Source: Fidelibacterota bacterium
GTDB taxonomy: Bacteria; Fidelibacterota; Marinisomatia; Marinisomatales; Marinisomataceae
Direction: 5' to 3'
Assembly (NCBI GenBank): GCA_965212055.1
Contig: OZ243041.1
Span: 192,001 to 256,000 of the forward strand
DNA length: 64,000 nucleotides
In this document: piece by piece, positions 58,399 through 64,000 of the stretch
How the letters are laid out: each line of letters opens with the position of its first letter
How positions within the stretch are numbered: position 1 is the stretch's first letter
Translations under genes and position numbers: made by a program
Notes under the pieces: generated by a model
Databases searched by the model: none
Told to the model about the DNA's origin: nothing
What the model saw: only the letters and a program-made list of their open reading frames with translations

Positions 58399-59163
58399 AT
58401 GAACCTTAAAAATAAAAACATAATTATTACAGGTGGAGCCGATGGGATTGGCAAAGCACTGGCAGAACGATTTCTAAACGAATCTCCCAATTCTATACAT
58501 CTTATAGATATTAACCCTAATGTGTTTCACGTAGCTGAATCAATTGGAGGCAAAGGGTATATTGTCGATGTTGCAAATTCAGAGCAATTTACTCTTACGT
58601 TGAATGAGATTATCAAAGAAGTTCATTCAGTAGATTTATTTTGTTCAAATGCAGGAATACAAGGACATGGGACCTTAGATGCTAGTGATGATACTTGGGA
58701 CAGCAATTGGCAAATCAATGTAATGTCCCATATCTATGCAGCTAGAGTTTTAATTCCTCATATGGCAGAAAATCAAGATGGATATTTTCTTGTAACAGTG
58801 TCTGCAGCTGGTTTATTAAATATGCCTGGAGCAATGCCTTATGCTACCACCAAACATGCAGCATTGGGTTTGGCTGAAAACTTAGCGATTACGTATGGGA
58901 ATCAAGGAATTAAAGTTTCTGTACTATGCCCTCAATTGGTAGATACCAATATGTTAAAAACTTCAGAACTTCCATCAGATGATCATCCATTAATGAAAGA
59001 TGGAATATTAAGTGCAGAACAAGTTGCGGATGATACAGTGCAAGGAATCAAAAAAGAGGAATTTTTAATTCTACCCCATCAGCATGTTTTGCGTTATATA
59101 CAAGGAAAAACGCAAGATTATGATCGATGGATTGCTGGATCAAGAAAATTGGCTTTAAAATGA
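58399..59163 (+). CDS. Short-chain dehydrogenase
   Basis: TGGADGIG, SNAG, YATTK. Confidence 0.9.
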   Translation: MNLKNKNIIITGGADGIGKALAERFLNESPNSIHLIDINPNVFHVAESIGGKGYIVDVANSEQFTLTLNEIIKEVHSVDLFCSNAGIQGHGTLDASDDTWDSNWQINVMSHIYAARVLIPHMAENQDGYFLVTVSAAGLLNMPGAMPYATTKHAALGLAENLAITYGNQGIKVSVLCPQLVDTNMLKTSELPSDDHPLMKDGILSAEQVADDTVQGIKKEEFLILPHQHVLRYIQGKTQDYDRWIAGSRKLALK

Positions 59164-59408
59164 AAAGTCCAAAAAATAGTATAATGAGATGGCTTGTATT
59201 CTTAAGGTTTTTCTTTCCAGAATTAAGTAAAACCGTTCAAATACTATTTTTACTACAGCTAGTATTATTTTTTGGCAGCATTTATTTGATATTTTCACAT
59301 TTGAATCTTGATCCATTTAGACCTGAGTTTATAGCATATTTTAGTTTGGTCGCACTTGTGTGTTGTATGGGTATGAATTATATTCAATCAAACGCTTTTA
59401 AAATATAA
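59160..59408 (+). CDS. Small 2-TM hypothetical protein
   Basis: ATGA overlap with SDR stop; two hydrophobic helices. Confidence 0.55.
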   Translation: MKSPKNSIMRWLVFLRFFFPELSKTVQILFLLQLVLFFGSIYLIFSHLNLDPFRPEFIAYFSLVALVCCMGMNYIQSNAFKI

Positions 59409-59418
59409 AAGGATAGAT

Positions 59419-59769
59419 ATGAGACATTTAGTATTAATCATTGCACTTTTTCTAACAATCTCTTTTGCACAAGATAAAGTTGTATCTGAAAATTATGCCA
59501 TCGAAGGAATGATGTGTAGTATGGGATGTGTAACAAAAGTAACAAAAGCAATGCAAGATTTAGATGGTTTTGAAGCTGTTAATTTTGATTTTGACATAGA
59601 AAGAAAAGTAGATTACGCTATTGTGACTTTTGATAATGAAGTATTATCTCGTAAAGAAGTGGTTGCTGCTATTCATAGTGTCAGTGAAGGTGCGTATCAA
59701 GTCAAAGAAGTTAGCGAAGCCTGTTGCAAAGATTTTTGTGAACATTCGAGTGCTGAAGAAAAAATTTAA
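59419..59769 (+). CDS. Exported HMA domain protein
   Basis: Signal peptide, IEGMMCSMGC motif, Cys-containing tail. Confidence 0.78.
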   Translation: MRHLVLIIALFLTISFAQDKVVSENYAIEGMMCSMGCVTKVTKAMQDLDGFEAVNFDFDIERKVDYAIVTFDNEVLSRKEVVAAIHSVSEGAYQVKEVSEACCKDFCEHSSAEEKI

Positions 59770-59859
59770 TTCGACGCTACTAAACTCTTCCTTTGTTAAT
59801 CTGCCTAAGTAGGTAAGCGCAAATATAAAAGCTATATAGTATAATTTTTAGGGAATGAA

Positions 59860-61686
59860 CTAATCAAGATCCACTAAACAATCCTTACAAGTTAATAATG
59901 CTTTTGGTTCTTGAATGTCTGTTAATGTTTCATATAGACTTGCTAGACCATTAAGCGCTGATAAAACTTTAGGCTCCCCTAGAGACACATCAAAATTTTC
60001 AAGTAATTCTTTGAGAATCATCTCCTCAAGAGAGCGTTCTTCACCATAATACTCAACTTTATAATCTTCTAATTCTGCTATGTTGGCAGCATATGTAATT
60101 GCATCATCAATGCCTCCGATCTCATCCACCAAACCTATTTCTTTAGCGCTTGTTGCAATCCAGATTCTGCCACCTGCAATCTCTTTAATATCTTCATATG
60201 ATTGAGATCTTGACTCAGCTACAAAGTTAATAAATCGATCGTATGCATCGGCACCCCAGCTTGCAAAAATTTTATCCAAATCATCATTAATAGCTTGGGT
60301 CGGATCCCAGCCACCGTGCTTAGAGGTAACCACACCATCAAAATTTACTCCAATGTAATCCATTGCATTTTCTAATGTTGGCAGGGCAATTGCCACACCT
60401 ATAGAGCCTGTAATGGTTGTGGGTTCAGCAAAAATATAATCAGCTGGAGTTGAGATATATACCCCTCCAGATGCAGCGTAGTCACCCATAGATACGATCA
60501 CGTTGATGCCTTTTCTTTTGGCAGCAAGTAGCTCATCTCTCATCATTTCACTGCCAATAATAGACCCACCAGGGCTATTGACTCTAAAGACAATAGCTTT
60601 TGTATTTTCGTCTTCATGCGCAGACCTGATTTGTTTTACTACCCCATCGGCACCTGCCACACCCTGAGTGATATCTCCCTCCATGATCGCACCTTCAGCA
60701 GTAATTACAGCTATTTGATTATCACTATCAGAGAAGTCCTCATCTATTTGCTTTGCATACTCGTTATAAGAAATGGTTTTGTAAGTTTCGGTTTCAGCCT
60801 CTTCATCTAGACCAAATTCTTCAATCATATATTGACGAAATTCTGGAAATGATTTTGTACCATCAATAATATTATTTGCTTTAGCATAGGCAATATTTCC
60901 TATTGCAGCTTCACCAATAAATGCAACGTAGTCGTCTGCAAAAGATTGAATATCATCTGATTCAATCCCACGTCCTACCGCCATGAGAGATTTCATTTCA
61001 TCCCAAATAGGATTGAGTATGGCTTCTCTCTGCATCCTGTCATTTTCTGACATATCTGTTCTTGTGTTTGGCTCAACGGCAGATTTAAAATCCCCTTGAG
61101 AATAATTGTGAATATTAATTTTTAGATTTTCATAAAACTCTTTCTGATAAGGGCTCATTCCCCCAAGACCTCGAACACTAATGCTTCCAACAGGATGAAC
61201 CCATACCTCAGATGCTTGAGAAGCCATGAGATAAGACGTTGTAGACAGACGATCGTTAAAAGCAATTACTCTTTTACCAGAGTCGCGAAGCGCTTTTAAT
61301 TCTTTTGCAATATTGATTGCTGTAGTTGGTCCAGCAAAACCTGTGGATGAGAAATCAACAAACACAGCAGGAATATCTTCATCTTCAGCTGCCGCTCTTA
61401 TTAATTGTATAAGATCTCTTGTTTGAATTTGATCAGTTGAAGAGTCTGTGACAATGTTAAACAGAAAATCTGAGTTAAACACTTCTTGATCAACCACAGT
61501 TCCTTCAGGATCAATCAAAAGCACTCTGCCGCTTGGATCTTTAACTTCAGGCCCAGAGGTTAGCGCTCCAATAATTATAATCGTAAAAAAGATCAAAACG
61601 AAGGCTGTACCAACGTTCAGCATGATGATTCTTGCTTTTTCTAGAAATCGACCAAGCCAAGAAAAAATAGGTTTAAGTGCATTCAT
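59860..61686 (-). CDS. sppA: Signal peptide peptidase SppA, 67K type (S49)
   Basis: Two S49 domains; GDFKSAVEP, RVNSPGGS, SMG.YAASGG, TGSIGV; start 61686 or 61701 because RBS-ATG is duplicated. Confidence 0.93.
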   Translation of the reverse strand: MNALKPIFSWLGRFLEKARIIMLNVGTAFVLIFFTIIIIGALTSGPEVKDPSGRVLLIDPEGTVVDQEVFNSDFLFNIVTDSSTDQIQTRDLIQLIRAAAEDEDIPAVFVDFSSTGFAGPTTAINIAKELKALRDSGKRVIAFNDRLSTTSYLMASQASEVWVHPVGSISVRGLGGMSPYQKEFYENLKINIHNYSQGDFKSAVEPNTRTDMSENDRMQREAILNPIWDEMKSLMAVGRGIESDDIQSFADDYVAFIGEAAIGNIAYAKANNIIDGTKSFPEFRQYMIEEFGLDEEAETETYKTISYNEYAKQIDEDFSDSDNQIAVITAEGAIMEGDITQGVAGADGVVKQIRSAHEDENTKAIVFRVNSPGGSIIGSEMMRDELLAAKRKGINVIVSMGDYAASGGVYISTPADYIFAEPTTITGSIGVAIALPTLENAMDYIGVNFDGVVTSKHGGWDPTQAINDDLDKIFASWGADAYDRFINFVAESRSQSYEDIKEIAGGRIWIATSAKEIGLVDEIGGIDDAITYAANIAELEDYKVEYYGEERSLEEMILKELLENFDVSLGEPKVLSALNGLASLYETLTDIQEPKALLTCKDCLVDLD

Positions 61687-61712
61687 AGGTATTCTCCTCA
61701 TAGGTATTCTCC
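61683..61712. repeat. 15-bp tandem duplication covering sppA RBS and start codon
   Basis: tcataggtattctcc x2. Confidence 0.9.
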
Positions 61713-61729
61713 AAACTTATTCCATTTAA

Positions 61730-61793
61730 AATGTAACACTTTTAATATAAAAGCAGCAATGAATGTAACACTCTTAATACAAAAGCAGCAATG
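61730..61793. repeat. 32-bp tandem duplication upstream of sppA
   Basis: aatgtaacact(t/c)ttaata(t/c)aaaagcagcaatg x2. Confidence 0.9.
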
Positions 61794-61812
61794 ATTATGC
61801 TGAAGAAAAAAT

Positions 61813-62463
61813 TTAATTCTTTAATTTTTTAATATCTGCGATCAAATAACCAACATCTATTGATGATGTTCCATTATAGATTCCTCTGATTTTCCCATTT
61901 TGATCTACAAGAATAACATTTTCAGTATGGATTAATTCAGATTGATCATGATTATCTACTGCTGCAATGGCAAAATAACCCAATTGAGCCATTTGTGTGA
62001 TATCTTCAATTGATCCACGCAATAAGAACCACTTCTTGGAATCGATATGATAGATTTCAGCATATTTTTTTAATCGTGCAACTGTATCATTTGTTGGATC
62101 AACGCTATGCGATAAAATTAGTATGTTATCATCCTCTTTAAAGGCTTCTTGCACCAATTGTAAATTTTTTGTTAAATCAATGCAGATAGATGGACAAGAG
62201 GTAAAGAAAAAATCAACCACATAAATTTTTCCTGCAACTGTCTCTTGTGTAACAAGAATGCTATCTTGATTAATAAAGGAAAAATCAGGGATAGTATGTT
62301 CCGTTTTCCCTACAAGCGAAGGATGCACTAATGTTGGTCTCAAATCTGCAGGAGTAAAAATAGGAAGTTCAAATTCTTCTTCTTGAGGTATGGAAGTATA
62401 CCATACACCCATCAGAATGATAATAATTATTAACAGAATTGATTTACTTTTCATCTTACTCAC
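61813..62463 (-). CDS. SCO1/SenC copper chaperone
   Basis: DFFFTSCPSIC (CxxxC), SVDP..DT, distal His, RG.YNG. Confidence 0.92.
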   Translation of the reverse strand: MSKMKSKSILLIIIIILMGVWYTSIPQEEEFELPIFTPADLRPTLVHPSLVGKTEHTIPDFSFINQDSILVTQETVAGKIYVVDFFFTSCPSICIDLTKNLQLVQEAFKEDDNILILSHSVDPTNDTVARLKKYAEIYHIDSKKWFLLRGSIEDITQMAQLGYFAIAAVDNHDQSELIHTENVILVDQNGKIRGIYNGTSSIDVGYLIADIKKLKN

Positions 62464-62479
62464 TTAAATTAAGGCTATT

Positions 62480-62908
62480 ATGATTAGTTGGAAATGTAAA
62501 CATACTTGGAAAAAATCTGCACAAAATACTGCATGGTGTCTTTTGGGATGCTCAATAGGAGATTTTGGAACGATTTTTTACTTCCAAAACAATCCAAGTG
62601 ATATCTTTAATACAACAACATCAATTATGACGCTTGCTATTATTAATGGATTGATTACAAGTGTTGCGTTAGAAACATTTATTTTAAGTAGGCAAATGAA
62701 TTTTAGTGAAGCACTTAAAACGGCTCTTGGAATGTCTTTTATATCAATGATTGCTATGGAAATAGCCATGAATGTTACTGATGTAATCTTAACAGGTGGC
62801 GCTATATTAACTTGGTGGGCTGCTCCTATTATGTTGTTAGTAGGTTTTCTTACTCCATGGCCTTATAATTATTGGAGATTAAAAAAATATAATGAAAGTT
62901 GTCATTAA
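62480..62908 (+). CDS. DUF4396-like membrane protein
   Basis: T.WCL.GC.IGD, S.I.ME..MN, P.NYW motifs. Confidence 0.75.
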   Translation: MISWKCKHTWKKSAQNTAWCLLGCSIGDFGTIFYFQNNPSDIFNTTTSIMTLAIINGLITSVALETFILSRQMNFSEALKTALGMSFISMIAMEIAMNVTDVILTGGAILTWWAAPIMLLVGFLTPWPYNYWRLKKYNESCH

Positions 62909-62910
62909 GA

Positions 62911-63669
62911 ATGAAAATTGATTTATCTGATAAAACTATTTTAGTGACAGGTGCAAATAGTGGCATTGGAAATGCAATTGCACACGAATTATTGGATGCT
63001 GGAGCACAAGTAGCCCTTCATTTTAATTCTAATTCTGATGGTGCTTCCAAATTAAAAGAACAATTTTCAGATCAATGTGAATTGTTCCAAGCGGATTTTA
63101 ATAATGTTGATGAAGCGATCAAACTTTTTGAAGATGTTTTATCTTGGGGAGACACATTAGATGTTCTTATTAATAATGCTGGTACTGCTATAATGAATTC
63201 TATTAATCTTGAGGATGAAGCCTGGATTAAAAATTGGAATACAATCATGAATATTAATTTGCTTGCAGCAGGAGTGTTATCTAAAAAAGCGTTAGAACAT
63301 TTTAAAACAAAACATGGTGGACGTATTATTAACATTGCTTCTCGTGCTGCATTTAGGGGAGATACTCCAGATTATTTAGCATATGCAGCTTCCAAAGCAG
63401 GGATGGTTGCTCTTGTACGTTCCATTGCAAGGGGATTTGGTAAAGATGGGATTACTGCATTTTCTATTGCACCAGGATTTACTCGTACGGCAATGGCACA
63501 AAAATCTATTGATAAATATGGAGAAGATTTTGTTATCAAAGATATTGCATTAAATGAACTTACTGAACCAAAAGATATTGCGCCTATTGTTACTCTAATT
63601 TGTAGTGGAAAATTTGATCATGGAACAGGTTCTAATATTGACATTAATGCTGGTAGTTATGTAAGATAA
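62911..63669 (+). CDS. Short-chain dehydrogenase
   Basis: TGANSGIG, NNAG, YAASK; start reassigned to ATG 62911. Confidence 0.9.
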   Translation: MKIDLSDKTILVTGANSGIGNAIAHELLDAGAQVALHFNSNSDGASKLKEQFSDQCELFQADFNNVDEAIKLFEDVLSWGDTLDVLINNAGTAIMNSINLEDEAWIKNWNTIMNINLLAAGVLSKKALEHFKTKHGGRIINIASRAAFRGDTPDYLAYAASKAGMVALVRSIARGFGKDGITAFSIAPGFTRTAMAQKSIDKYGEDFVIKDIALNELTEPKDIAPIVTLICSGKFDHGTGSNIDINAGSYVR

Positions 63670-63673
63670 TACT

Positions 63674-64000
63674 ATGGGGACATTATTTAGAAAAGTTGCA
63701 GGATTTATTTTCTTTTTTTCAAAAAAAATAAAACATTTTTTATGGAAAAGAATTTATGATCGTCTAGCCAACACCTATGAATATTTTGATTGGGCTTTTA
63801 TGAATTATGGGTTTGATTATGATGACAAAAGCAACGAACCTCCTTTAGGCGATAAAGACGAAGAATATCGATACTGTATTCAATTGTATCATCATACCGT
63901 TGAGAAATTAGCTGTGCAAGATAAAACTGTATTAGAAGTTGGATCTGGGCGAGGAGGAGGCACTTCTTATATTGCGCGTTATCTAAACCCAAAAAAGATT
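63674..64000 (+). CDS. Class I SAM-dependent methyltransferase, 5' part (runs off window)
   Basis: Open frame not in track: ...FMNYGF...YCIQLYH...VLEVGSGRGGG. Confidence 0.85.
   Translation, partial: MGTLFRKVAGFIFFFSKKIKHFLWKRIYDRLANTYEYFDWAFMNYGFDYDDKSNEPPLGDKDEEYRYCIQLYHHTVEKLAVQDKTVLEVGSGRGGGTSYIARYLNPKKI

Noticed and set aside
61730..61793. 32-bp repeats as a mini CRISPR array
   Set aside because: Only two copies, directly adjacent with no spacer.
63798..63992. 64-aa minus-strand ORF
   Set aside because: Antisense to the truncated plus-strand methyltransferase with clear SAM motif.

Overview
AT-rich, densely coded bacterial chromosome segment with short intergenic spaces. Gene content and style suggest a streamlined marine FCB-group organism, possibly Marinimicrobia/Marinisomatota; this is inference only, as no rRNA marker is present. 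Most of the window is housekeeping and accessory metabolism: peptidases, lgt, dcd, yidD, metal transporters, grxD, xth, an MsbA-like ABC exporter, a eukaryote-type citrate synthase, nth, folE, lpdA-lipB-lipA, lon, acs, a lipid-metabolism cluster, a TagD/TagF/GT90 glycan cassette, queCEDF and sppA. There are four tRNAs (Asn, Glu, Val, Lys). No CRISPR array, rRNA, integrase or transposase was found. The most unusual part is the accessory stretch after tRNA-Val (about 29.7-36.7 kb). It holds a multiply frameshifted secreted-protein gene, a five-gene membrane cassette ([zinc ribbon-TM2][TM2][zinc ribbon-CD225/dispanin][CD225/dispanin][DUF2752]) and a tandem duplication encoding two 53-54 aa signal-peptide plus membrane-anchor microproteins absent from the ORF track. 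Other leads are a promoter-flanked ~110 nt hairpin RNA candidate between tRNA-Glu and tRNA-Asn, a second PTPS/QueD paralog with Asp at the catalytic Cys position, and a small membrane-anchored protein built from phage-tail-like HTH repeats. Several single-base indels may be sequencing errors. All family calls come from motif recognition by eye, not database searches.
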